A stretch of DNA of 37,887 nucleotides from a virus: the IMG/VR virus record IMGVR_UViG_3300029868_000014, positions 1 to 37,887 of that record. One strand, given 5' to 3'. The notes beneath the pieces are model-generated. The model saw only the letters and a program-made list of their open reading frames with translations, was not told the origin of the DNA and made no database searches. Shown here one piece after another: positions 8,459-17,221 of this stretch (its first letter is position 1; every line of letters starts with the position of its first letter). A program made the position numbers and the translations under genes.

Positions 8459-9703
8459 CTACTGGCCTCCGAACTGACGCTCTAACTGTTCTAGTTCTGC
8501 TTGCTCTTCAGTTGTCAAAGAAGGTTCGCCCCCTTGATTTTGTTGGGCTCCCTCAAATGCTTCAAGTGCACCTTGAGAGCTTGAAATCATTAATCTTACA
8601 GCTTGGCTACGCAATGATCTTTTATTAGCTATAACGTCTTCACCATCACCAAATACAGGGAAGTATAGCTTTGCCGCCGATTCCCGCTCTTGATCGTTAA
8701 TAGCCGCGCCTGATTCTTTTCTCAGCGCCGCGCTAACAAAGTTTTCTTTAGCTTGCTCGAACTGTCTTTCAACCTGTCCAGAGATAGCGGCACCAATTAA
8801 AGGAATGTTGCCCCGTCTAAGCTCAGAACCTAAAAAACCATCCTCAGCAAGTTCTGAAATAATTTTATCAGCTTCTCGCATGCGTGATGCAAATGTTGCT
8901 GCATTTGTCTGGTTTTGGTTGAATATTCTATCATCACCAGACCGGGCTTTTTGAGCTTCCCTAGTTTCAGCTCTAGCTGCTGTTTGAGCGCCTAACCGTC
9001 TAGCGCCTGCTGTCGTCCTCTGAGCTTCAGCTGTAATTCTAGCCGTGTCGGCACCTTGCTGTGCAATTCGTCTCTGTGGTGCTGCGTTAGGGTTAACGAT
9101 TGGCGCTTGGTTACGCTGGACACGTGACTGTTGCTCACCAAGAGTTACAGCCTCGAAACCTGTCGTTAGAGCTTCTTGAACGCCCGCAACCGTGCCCATC
9201 TGAGCTTGGATATTTACATCAGTAGGGTCAAATGAGTTAATTTGCTCTTCAGAAAAGCCGCTGCCAATCAAGAAGTCACGAATCTGTGGTGACCTCAAAG
9301 CTTGAATTCGTTGCTCGTAAGGCATGTTTTGAAGTTGAATAGATAACCCGCCAAGAGCTTCAGAGCGCTCCAATGCTTGGACACGTTGAGCTTGATCCAT
9401 ACCCGCGATCCGTTGACGAGTTTGGTTAATGATATCCGCATTGCCAGACTGTTGAGCAATATCAACGGCTTGCTGCCTATTGTTTGGTTGCTGGGTAAAA
9501 GCTTGACCTTGCGGCTGGGTAGGCGTTTGCCCTTGTGGTTGAGCTGTCAGAGCATTAGAAGAGCGCTGTCCTAAAAGCCCCGCTATATTTGCTTTCGACT
9601 CTCTGTCTGATAAATCTCTACGCCTGTCATTCTGTTGTTGCCTGAAATTGGTTGATGACTGGAAAGCATTAATTGCGTTAGCCGCTGGGTTTTGGTGTGG
9701 CAT
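8459..9703 (-). CDS. Putative internal virion / ejection protein, 414 aa
   Basis: Q-rich and low-complexity. GGAGGG SD. N-terminus MPHQ. Position is equivalent to P22 gp20. Confidence 0.5.
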   Translation of the reverse strand: MPHQNPAANAINAFQSSTNFRQQQNDRRRDLSDRESKANIAGLLGQRSSNALTAQPQGQTPTQPQGQAFTQQPNNRQQAVDIAQQSGNADIINQTRQRIAGMDQAQRVQALERSEALGGLSIQLQNMPYEQRIQALRSPQIRDFLIGSGFSEEQINSFDPTDVNIQAQMGTVAGVQEALTTGFEAVTLGEQQSRVQRNQAPIVNPNAAPQRRIAQQGADTARITAEAQRTTAGARRLGAQTAARAETREAQKARSGDDRIFNQNQTNAATFASRMREADKIISELAEDGFLGSELRRGNIPLIGAAISGQVERQFEQAKENFVSAALRKESGAAINDQERESAAKLYFPVFGDGEDVIANKRSLRSQAVRLMISSSQGALEAFEGAQQNQGGEPSLTTEEQAELEQLERQFGGQ

Positions 9704-9707
9704 CTAA

Positions 9708-10772
9708 TTACCCTCCTAAGTTAAACGCGCCGATAGCGCTTCCAGCACTTGTTGCCAGATTACCAAACATATCAGATTTAGCTTTACCCTGTTGGAACGC
9801 GGACTGCTGCTGTGCTAACCCTAAATTTCCTAGAGAGTTACCAACACCTGATGCGAACTGACTGCCCGATTGGGCTTGAGCTTGTGTAGCTGGGCCAGCC
9901 GTTGGGAATCCTGCAAGGACGTTAAAGAACTGCGACAAGACATTACCACCGGCACGCTGCTGGGCATCCTCTACAGCTTGCAATCGGGCACCAGAAAAGA
10001 CTACACCCTGCTTTGCAAGATTAGCGTCTATAGCATCTTTTTCCCTGTTAAAGCCTGTTTGGCCTTGCGCGGCAAAGACAGAATTGTTAATTGCGTTCGC
10101 CCCTGCAATACTAGGATCAAACAATGGTCGAGGACCACCTTGCCCCGCTAGAGCATTGCGTGGATCTTGAATAACTTCCGGGGCTGGTAGGTTATTAAAT
10201 CCCGGTGCTTCGGAAACTGGCGTTGCGACAGGGCTAGGTTGACCTTGCGGTTGTGCCTGAGTTACAGCCTCGAAACCTGTTCTACCTTCAGCGCGTCCAT
10301 GCCTATCAAAATGGAAGTTGCCAAACTCTCCCGCCGATAACTGGCCATCTCTATTGCTATCGAATCCTTGATCCATCACAAATTGCCTGTCCCTGTTACT
10401 AATGTTGTTAAATGCGTTCAAAACGTCATTATTTGCGGGCTGGTTAATAAAGTTTTGCCCGGCTGATATTGCCTGAGGTGAAGCGCTCGATAACAATTGC
10501 TGTTGTTGTGTTTGCTGGCCCGCCTGTCCACCCTCTGGCGTTAAACCAAAGAAGCTGCCAAGTAGATTAGCACGCTGTAACTCCAACCGTCTAAATGGTT
10601 CAAAATTGGCTTGCTGCTTGTTGAAAATATCACGGTAAAGAGCAATTTGCCGATCAGATATATCTTCAGCTGAGGCTTGCGCATGACGTGCCGCGCTACT
10701 TGTTGCCCGACTACCGGCAACCGAACTAACCGCTCCAACGCCAGCTACTGCTAATGTTGCTCCTACAGGCAT
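9708..10772 (-). CDS. Putative internal virion / ejection protein, 354 aa, with an EF-hand-like loop
   Basis: G/Q/A-rich. DSNRDGQLSAGE (10326-10361) fits the DxNxDGxLxxxE calcium-loop consensus. Confidence 0.5.
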   Translation of the reverse strand: MPVGATLAVAGVGAVSSVAGSRATSSAARHAQASAEDISDRQIALYRDIFNKQQANFEPFRRLELQRANLLGSFFGLTPEGGQAGQQTQQQQLLSSASPQAISAGQNFINQPANNDVLNAFNNISNRDRQFVMDQGFDSNRDGQLSAGEFGNFHFDRHGRAEGRTGFEAVTQAQPQGQPSPVATPVSEAPGFNNLPAPEVIQDPRNALAGQGGPRPLFDPSIAGANAINNSVFAAQGQTGFNREKDAIDANLAKQGVVFSGARLQAVEDAQQRAGGNVLSQFFNVLAGFPTAGPATQAQAQSGSQFASGVGNSLGNLGLAQQQSAFQQGKAKSDMFGNLATSAGSAIGAFNLGG

Positions 10773-11539
10773 GACAAAAACTCCATTTTATTACCGTTAA
10801 CTCTAATCATAGCATCACCTGTAAATACAACAGTCGGATTGCTCGATATTAATTCAATTGGCTCGTAACCGGCTGTTATTGCCCAATGATTATAAGCCCA
10901 AACACCCTTACCGACATTACCATTCTTTATTAACCCACAAGCTAACCCAGCATACCTATTGTTACTCTCGTCGTCGTTATGGTGTTCGACTTTAGATCCT
11001 AGCACGTTTTTAGCTGACTCTAGTGAATTATGAAAGAACTCGCCCCATTTTACTAGATTTGGTGCATTTCTAGCCCAATCCATAATGTTAACCCGGTAAA
11101 ATTCCCCGTCTTTATTATCGAACCAGTGTTTAAAGCCAAACGTTTTAGGTGGCTTGGCGTTAGGATTATCGAACGGGGTAAAGGTGTGAAGCTCAACAGC
11201 ATCCGTATTTAGAAACATATATTCACAAGCCGCTCTTGTAAGTTTATAGCCGCTCCTGCCCCTGTGTTCCGGCAATATAGCGGTGTGGAACATATAACAT
11301 TGTCGGGCTTTTTGCTCAATAGCGAGAAAGCCATGATCATTTGCTAGGAATAGAAGTTTTCCTATTAAGCAAGATAGGTCGCTAGCGCCGTCTGGAAGCT
11401 TCATGAACTCTTTAACACCATCGGCATTCATTATGCTGTTTAGGTGGTCCACATCCACACAAGGGCTCATAACCCCGTCAAATATAGACGGAGGAACTTC
11501 AAACTCTAGTGGCGTAATATCATCCAATGTGGCTAGCAT
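10763..11539 (-). CDS. Virion-module protein with a GNAT-like acetyltransferase core, 258 aa
   Basis: ILPEHRGRSGYKLTRAACEYMF ... NPNAKPPKTFGFK resembles GNAT motif A plus the downstream N..A..GF element. Confidence 0.4.
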   Translation of the reverse strand: MLATLDDITPLEFEVPPSIFDGVMSPCVDVDHLNSIMNADGVKEFMKLPDGASDLSCLIGKLLFLANDHGFLAIEQKARQCYMFHTAILPEHRGRSGYKLTRAACEYMFLNTDAVELHTFTPFDNPNAKPPKTFGFKHWFDNKDGEFYRVNIMDWARNAPNLVKWGEFFHNSLESAKNVLGSKVEHHNDDESNNRYAGLACGLIKNGNVGKGVWAYNHWAITAGYEPIELISSNPTVVFTGDAMIRVNGNKMEFLSCL

Positions 11540-11872
11540 TTAATCAGTCCGCTCAGCATAGGAAACGATATAATTAACCTTAGACGCCGTACCCGCTTCC
11601 GCCGATAAGATGTCTTTACTATTCAGATTATGCTTTAGATTTATTTGCCGTGTTTCACCGGGGTTTAGCGAGCCGATATTAATAAAGATTGTTGACGCGC
11701 TGGCCGACCCACCATCAGGAAAGATGTAGAATTTAATATTCGATTGTGCTGCTGCATCGCCATTGTGGATTGTGATATTCTGAATAATCCACGTTTGGTT
11801 AACAGATACATCAAGTATTGTTGTTGCTGTCGCAGCTAGTTGGCCCTTCGCATTCTTTAGAAGTAACGCCAT
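11540..11872 (-). CDS. Hypothetical virion-module protein, 110 aa
   Basis: Tightly packed in the late operon (TAAATG junction downstream). Confidence 0.65.
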   Translation of the reverse strand: MALLLKNAKGQLAATATTILDVSVNQTWIIQNITIHNGDAAAQSNIKFYIFPDGGSASASTIFINIGSLNPGETRQINLKHNLNSKDILSAEAGTASKVNYIVSYAERTD

Positions 11873-11881
11873 TTTATTTCC

Positions 11882-12829
11882 CTATATTACAATAGTGGTT
11901 GGCCCACCGTTGACTAACTCTGCCTTTATTCGGCCATTCTGGACTTGGTAGTCACTTTTAATCAAAGACGCGGTAAACGTTCCGCCAATTATACAATCGT
12001 TCCCGCCATTATATGCGCCTAGTGGCACAAGGTCACAAACCACCTTCACAACACCATCCGATGGCCATAACCCTGTTAAAGCTGGGATATCTATTTCAGT
12101 TGTGTTTGAGTGCGTGGGCCCAAAATCTAATGCTGGATCATATCCACCCGGTATACTGTTATTGCTAACAGCGCACCCAAAATTCTGATTATCCGTTATT
12201 AGCGTTACAATTGTTGTGCCGCCCGGCGTCTGTATTTCAACGATCTCTTGCCAAGCAAATGTCTCAAACATATTAAGCAGACCGCGCTGGGTGTAACTCC
12301 ATGAAATTTCTAACCGAGAACCTTGGAGGACAACAAAATCCTCTGATTCGAATGTGATTGTGTCGTAATCAGCTTTAGCTTTGGTAGGTGTTCCACCCGC
12401 CGTATACCATTTAGTAGTTACAGGAGTACCAGACGTGGCAGAAGCTCCTAAAGTGCCTGTAACCATATCCGTGCGTGCTGCCTCATCAATGAATGCTAGC
12501 GCCCCTCTGGGGGATTGTGCCTCTGCATCACTAGCTGTCGAGACAAGAAGAGCTGTTGCATCTTCTGCCGCTGCCGCTGCCGCACTTGCCGCGTCTAATG
12601 CTTCTTGTGTGGCTGCGACTAAAACGGCAATTTGAGCCCTTAAATCGTCAATTTCACCGTTTTTGAATTCCTGATTAACCTCCTGCATGAAGATTTCATC
12701 ATTCGAATTCATAGCAACAAGGCGTTCAATAACCCGCCAGAAACCAAGGGAAGCAACACCATCTTTATCAACAATAGGGGATGTAGCAGAAGGAAGCGTT
12801 GCGCCTAACTGTGGTCTAAGAGTGGTCAT
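11882..12829 (-). CDS. Putative tail needle / fibre-like protein, 315 aa
   Basis: Ala-rich coiled-coil segment followed by a beta-rich C-terminus. Position is equivalent to P22 gp26. ATGA overlap with the upstream gene. Confidence 0.35.
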   Translation of the reverse strand: MTTLRPQLGATLPSATSPIVDKDGVASLGFWRVIERLVAMNSNDEIFMQEVNQEFKNGEIDDLRAQIAVLVAATQEALDAASAAAAAAEDATALLVSTASDAEAQSPRGALAFIDEAARTDMVTGTLGASATSGTPVTTKWYTAGGTPTKAKADYDTITFESEDFVVLQGSRLEISWSYTQRGLLNMFETFAWQEIVEIQTPGGTTIVTLITDNQNFGCAVSNNSIPGGYDPALDFGPTHSNTTEIDIPALTGLWPSDGVVKVVCDLVPLGAYNGGNDCIIGGTFTASLIKSDYQVQNGRIKAELVNGGPTTIVI

Positions 12830-14241
12830 AACCTATCCCTATTGATAACCAATCCGGTAACGGTAGCGTTAACCGGGTCGGTCACGGCTATATTTATAGC
12901 AACGGCTGGTGGGTATAATTCTCCCAAGCTATCAAACACCGCCCTGTGCCCGAATTCACCTTCAAGCCCGAAAGTCGTCGTTAACTCATTACTAAATGTT
13001 CTACCGTTGACCGCCCATCTCAACATCACTTTAGGGTTTTGACCTTGCCCAGTAACCAAGCCAACACCACCCTGCATTTCAACAGTCAGATTATTAATCG
13101 TTGGGCGGCTATCCGTCACAGGTATAATCGTGCTCGCAACACGCCTAACTGTCTTCAAATTGTGTGTGTAAACATCCAAATCGAGTCTATAAACCGTCCC
13201 GACCGTAACATCACCGGCAAATTTCTCCCCAAAGGCAGCAAAGAAATGTTGCACTAGGTAGCGGCTTTCAGCCAATTCTTTGCGCCTATGCCAAGTTCCA
13301 TTCGAGATATCATAAAAGTAATCACCCACACTTGGTAGATGTAGGCCAATAAAACTATGCCCGCCCCATCCGTGCGCCGACAATCTAATGCTAGGTCTAT
13401 TCTCTTCTGTGACTTCTGCGATTAATCTATCAATAGGGTAGGTCGAAATCCTTACAGGCTGGGCGTTTTGAATACGGTAAACAACCTCATTGCCGTCCTG
13501 ATCCCTCCCAAGGGCGAACAACCCTCCATCCGCTTCAGTCACAGCGCCTTTGGCGAATATACCGATCTTAGCAACAGCACCCTGAATTGGACGGAATGGA
13601 ATATCTTTAGAACCTGTATATTCCCATAACTCAGTGGTGCGTGTGCCTATCAAATAAACAACATCGCCAACAACACGAATGCCTACAAGCTGATCAGATT
13701 CACTCTCTGTCGTTGCGAAATTAGTCGCGGGAACGCTCGCAGGCTGCGCAGTGTCCGAGTACCAAAAACGCCCCGAACCCTCTTCAATAAATAAATGTCT
13801 CTGAGCCAGCTCTGCGCAATCAACAATATTACCCGTAGCACCGGGAATGCTAATTGGTGCTAAACCTGTCGTGACAACAAAAGCAACACCACCCGCCGTC
13901 ATAACCATATCAGATTGGCTTCCGGCGAACCGCGCCTCATCTGTTCCGGTTATTGTTCCAATTTCTACCGTAGCACCCGCGCTTGTCATGGAATAAACGC
14001 GTGAACCTGCCGCAATAACAGCTTTACTGTCTAACAACCCGTCAGATTGAATCATGCCCCTGATAGCGCCATTTAGGCCGCTAGCAAAACTAGTCAGCCC
14101 CGGTGTAGGGAGTAACCTATATGGGCGGTCGTTACGGTCCCCCGCCTCTTCTGCGAACCAATTTTCCAAAAGGACAGACGGGAAGCCGTAAGCGTTGCCA
14201 TTATAAGTATTAGCACCAAGTGGAATATATTTACCGGCCAT
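12826..14241 (-). CDS. Putative tail hub / tubular protein (P22 gp10 position), 471 aa
   Basis: Size and position match P22 gp10 (472 aa). Beta-rich repeats. Confidence 0.4.
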   Translation of the reverse strand: MAGKYIPLGANTYNGNAYGFPSVLLENWFAEEAGDRNDRPYRLLPTPGLTSFASGLNGAIRGMIQSDGLLDSKAVIAAGSRVYSMTSAGATVEIGTITGTDEARFAGSQSDMVMTAGGVAFVVTTGLAPISIPGATGNIVDCAELAQRHLFIEEGSGRFWYSDTAQPASVPATNFATTESESDQLVGIRVVGDVVYLIGTRTTELWEYTGSKDIPFRPIQGAVAKIGIFAKGAVTEADGGLFALGRDQDGNEVVYRIQNAQPVRISTYPIDRLIAEVTEENRPSIRLSAHGWGGHSFIGLHLPSVGDYFYDISNGTWHRRKELAESRYLVQHFFAAFGEKFAGDVTVGTVYRLDLDVYTHNLKTVRRVASTIIPVTDSRPTINNLTVEMQGGVGLVTGQGQNPKVMLRWAVNGRTFSNELTTTFGLEGEFGHRAVFDSLGELYPPAVAINIAVTDPVNATVTGLVINRDRL

Positions 14242-14924
14242 TAATCCACTGGCCCCGTGATATCTAGAGGAATATGAGATGGTGTTCTGTATAACGCATA
14301 GTCTAGATTAACTGTAAGGTCGGGAAGGTATCTAGCGCGTAATCGACTTAAACCAACCGAGGCAGCATTCACTAAAAGAGGCGTGACCTCTGAGCCCGTA
14401 TTCTCAGCAAGGCGAAGAGCTAAAATAGCCTCTAACCCGTCATCGTGCTCAACCGGGTAAGGTATCTCGTTGCCACCCAACAAAGGCTGAGTGATGTCTT
14501 TCCAGTCTCCTAGGTCAGCCCTAAAGAAATATTCTTTAGATTGACCATTGGTGCTTAAAACAACATTAGAGGCAGCGCCTGCGATCAACCAACCATTCCT
14601 ATCAACGGTTAGATTGTTAGTGGAGAAATTCGTACCTACGTCTAGGATTTTTACTCTATAACCATCATGAGGTTTTTTAGGCATAGTTAAGGTAACCGCG
14701 CCTGTAGCGATCACATGAATGATAGAAGGGTTTAATACCGCAAATGACGAATCAATACGACGTGTCGTGAGGATATCACCAACACCGCGCGAGGGTAGCC
14801 CATCAAGAATAGAGTTTAATACCCTTATTCCCCTAGCGGCTTTTTCATCCGGTATAGGATTGCCTGATGGTTTATTGCCAATCCTCGCATAAGCTTCCGT
14901 CATGATGGTTGTTAATGAGGTCAT
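14241..14924 (-). CDS. Putative head-to-tail adaptor, 227 aa
   Basis: First large gene after the coat gene. Helical N- and C-termini flank a beta insert. Confidence 0.35.
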   Translation of the reverse strand: MTSLTTIMTEAYARIGNKPSGNPIPDEKAARGIRVLNSILDGLPSRGVGDILTTRRIDSSFAVLNPSIIHVIATGAVTLTMPKKPHDGYRVKILDVGTNFSTNNLTVDRNGWLIAGAASNVVLSTNGQSKEYFFRADLGDWKDITQPLLGGNEIPYPVEHDDGLEAILALRLAENTGSEVTPLLVNAASVGLSRLRARYLPDLTVNLDYALYRTPSHIPLDITGPVD

Positions 14925-15067
14925 TTTTTAGCCTTATTACTCGCCCGCTTTACTGGAGAGAACGCAAACCCTTGTGGTGGCTTACACCCAACCGGCAGCA
15001 ACCTAATTTCAGGTTCACTCTTGTCTTTGGGGTATACCCATGTAGGCACTTTATCTTGATTTGGCAT
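14921..15067 (-). CDS. Small basic protein, 48 aa (not in the ORF track)
   Basis: GGAG SD 8 nt upstream. The stop overlaps the next ATG as ATGA. Sequence MPNQDKVPTWVYPKDKSEPEIRLLPVGCKPPQGFAFSPVKRASNKAKK. Confidence 0.55.
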   Translation of the reverse strand: MPNQDKVPTWVYPKDKSEPEIRLLPVGCKPPQGFAFSPVKRASNKAKK

Positions 15068-15080
15068 ATTATACTCCATT

Positions 15081-15113
15081 TATAAAAGTGGGGAAGGACG
15101 CTAGCCCCTCCCC
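15081..15113 (-). terminator. Intrinsic terminator downstream of the coat gene
   Basis: On the minus strand, GGGGAGGG-ctagcgt-CCTTCCCC (8 bp with one G-U) is followed by ACTTTTATAAA. Confidence 0.6.
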
Positions 15114-15120
15114 TCAGTTA

Positions 15121-16344
15121 TTAAGCTGTACCGGATAGGCGGGTAGCCAAATCAGGGAACAAAGTCTTCTTACCGTACAAGATATCCAAGCGGATAACAT
15201 CTTCATCCGAATTGATATCGTACGCTTTAATCACACGAATGGACAGGCCATTCTTGCTTTCACGCGCTTTAAATGTGGCACCGTCTGGCATTGCAAGCGG
15301 GATAGTGACCAATGCAAAAGCATTACGATGGAACACAAGATTTTGCTTATACTTAGCCGCACCAGTACCGAGAACGGTAATAACCGCGTTGTCGGCAGGA
15401 GCCGCACTCACAGTCTGGTATGGGCCAGAAGTAATGATAGCAGGGCTAATATTAAGCGTTGCTGGCCCCGTTGAAGAACCAGATGCCGCATCAGCATTCA
15501 CAACGAACTGCTGTAGGAAATCGGTGTCATCTTTACTCACTGGGTTAATAGCGAATACCCCAGCAATAGTGAACACGTCACCAGCGAGTAAAATGCCCGC
15601 CGTGTCATTGGTCCAACCATCAGTAATTAATGACTGAGCGTTCAAATCACCAGATGTAGAATACGTGGTGTTTTGTGTAGCGCCATTAACAACGGGCGTA
15701 CCTGTGGCAACACCAACTGTATGTGTGCGTATGTTTTGGTCTTGGAAGGTTTGAATCCCGCCAATCATACCGAGAGAGCCCTTGCGATAAGCGCCCTTTG
15801 CAGCATCTTGGATGAATAGACCAGTCTGATTACCGAGCAAACCCCAATTATCCTTAGGAGACATAACTGCCCGACGCATGTCAGTCGGTACAGCCATCTC
15901 GTCAAGACGTTCAGGAGCCTTAGAGAAATCAGTGTAAGAATTAATAGTCTGGCCCGGCGTACCAACCCAATTCCATACATCATCATACAAAGTACATAGA
16001 TCAAGATCGACGATATTTGCAAGAGCAATAGCAGCTGGTTTGATGTACCGCTCTGAATAGTCCTCAATAGTCAGCGTGAGGTCTTCAGTTGAGAAACCCC
16101 AAGAGACGTGCTTGCGCGAGTCAACAGTGATAGAAGTGTTCTTCTCTTCAACATCTTGGTCGACGCGAGTTGAACCATCTGAGGCAACAAACTTAACAGG
16201 GCGACGGATATTGACAGAATCGCCGACTTTGACGAATTCCTTCTTATATGTTCGATGGACATTGTTACCCATCACAAGGTTATTTTCCAACTGCATCAAT
16301 GCTTCTTTTGCAATGATTGTTGGAGTGATTAGCGTATTAGCCAT
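15121..16344 (-). CDS. Major capsid protein, P22 coat-protein family
   Basis: N-terminus MANTLITPTIIAKEALMQLENNLVMGNNVHRTYKKEF..GDSVNIRRPVKF is typical of P22_CoatProtein-family members. Follows the scaffold gene. Confidence 0.85.
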   Translation of the reverse strand: MANTLITPTIIAKEALMQLENNLVMGNNVHRTYKKEFVKVGDSVNIRRPVKFVASDGSTRVDQDVEEKNTSITVDSRKHVSWGFSTEDLTLTIEDYSERYIKPAAIALANIVDLDLCTLYDDVWNWVGTPGQTINSYTDFSKAPERLDEMAVPTDMRRAVMSPKDNWGLLGNQTGLFIQDAAKGAYRKGSLGMIGGIQTFQDQNIRTHTVGVATGTPVVNGATQNTTYSTSGDLNAQSLITDGWTNDTAGILLAGDVFTIAGVFAINPVSKDDTDFLQQFVVNADAASGSSTGPATLNISPAIITSGPYQTVSAAPADNAVITVLGTGAAKYKQNLVFHRNAFALVTIPLAMPDGATFKARESKNGLSIRVIKAYDINSDEDVIRLDILYGKKTLFPDLATRLSGTA

Positions 16345-16384
16345 TTTACTTACTCCATTGTCGTTCTCACGACGTTAACATTTA

Positions 16385-17221
16385 CTACTGGCCGTTATTA
16401 CGCCACTTACGATACTCATCATTTGTCATTTCTTCCGGGTTTTTATCCACGGAACCAGAGGACCCTTTCAGAGTTTTAATAGGTGGCTTGGCCTTAGTGG
16501 TTCTATTCTTTTTAGAGCTTAAATTAGCCGACATCTTCCCGATTTCAATCACCTGCGCGATATCCGTCAAAGAACTAATACGAGCTGCCTCATCTAGATT
16601 CTTACCAAGGAAATAAAGGACATCAGACGTGTTCTCTGCTTCAAGAGACGCAGAAAGCATATTGCCCGAAAGCTGTAGACTTTCGTTTCGAACAATCTTG
16701 TTAAAATCCTTATAACTCCCGTTACCTTCATCAAATGTATCGCTGATAGCTGTCTGCCGTTCAGCCTGTACCTGTGCTTGTGCAGCTTGAACAGAGCCAC
16801 TTGCGCGCGCCGCGTCTGCCTGCAACATCGTACGTTGGGTAGCGTGCGCAGCTCTTTCAGCTACATAGTCATCAGGGTTTTCAAAATCGTTGTAGTTAGG
16901 GATTTTTAAACCCCCTATTTCTTGATTAAGGCGTGTAATCTCCTGTTGAGCATCTTGTAATTTGCCTTCAGTTTTTAGCTCTCGCTCACGCCTCATCCGG
17001 CGTTTACGTTGGTTTTTAGTCTCTTTAGGTGCTTCAGGCTCATCAACTTGAATATCTTCGTCTACGTCTTCAGCTTCTGCCGAAACCTCTGCTGTAGCTT
17101 CCGTTTCTTCAGGCGTTTCTGCTTCCTGTTCTACCTGTTCACTCTCGTCTTGAGACGCGGCAATAATAGCCTCATCAGGGAGGGGAGCACTTGCTGTTTC
17201 CATGGCTTCAATGTCAGACAT
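16385..17221 (-). CDS. Scaffolding protein
   Basis: Lies between the portal and coat genes. Highly acidic N-terminus, charged coiled-coil middle. ATG 17221 has an AGGA SD and overlaps the portal stop. The track start at 17245 is GTG. Confidence 0.6.
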   Translation of the reverse strand: MSDIEAMETASAPLPDEAIIAASQDESEQVEQEAETPEETEATAEVSAEAEDVDEDIQVDEPEAPKETKNQRKRRMRRERELKTEGKLQDAQQEITRLNQEIGGLKIPNYNDFENPDDYVAERAAHATQRTMLQADAARASGSVQAAQAQVQAERQTAISDTFDEGNGSYKDFNKIVRNESLQLSGNMLSASLEAENTSDVLYFLGKNLDEAARISSLTDIAQVIEIGKMSANLSSKKNRTTKAKPPIKTLKGSSGSVDKNPEEMTNDEYRKWRNNGQ

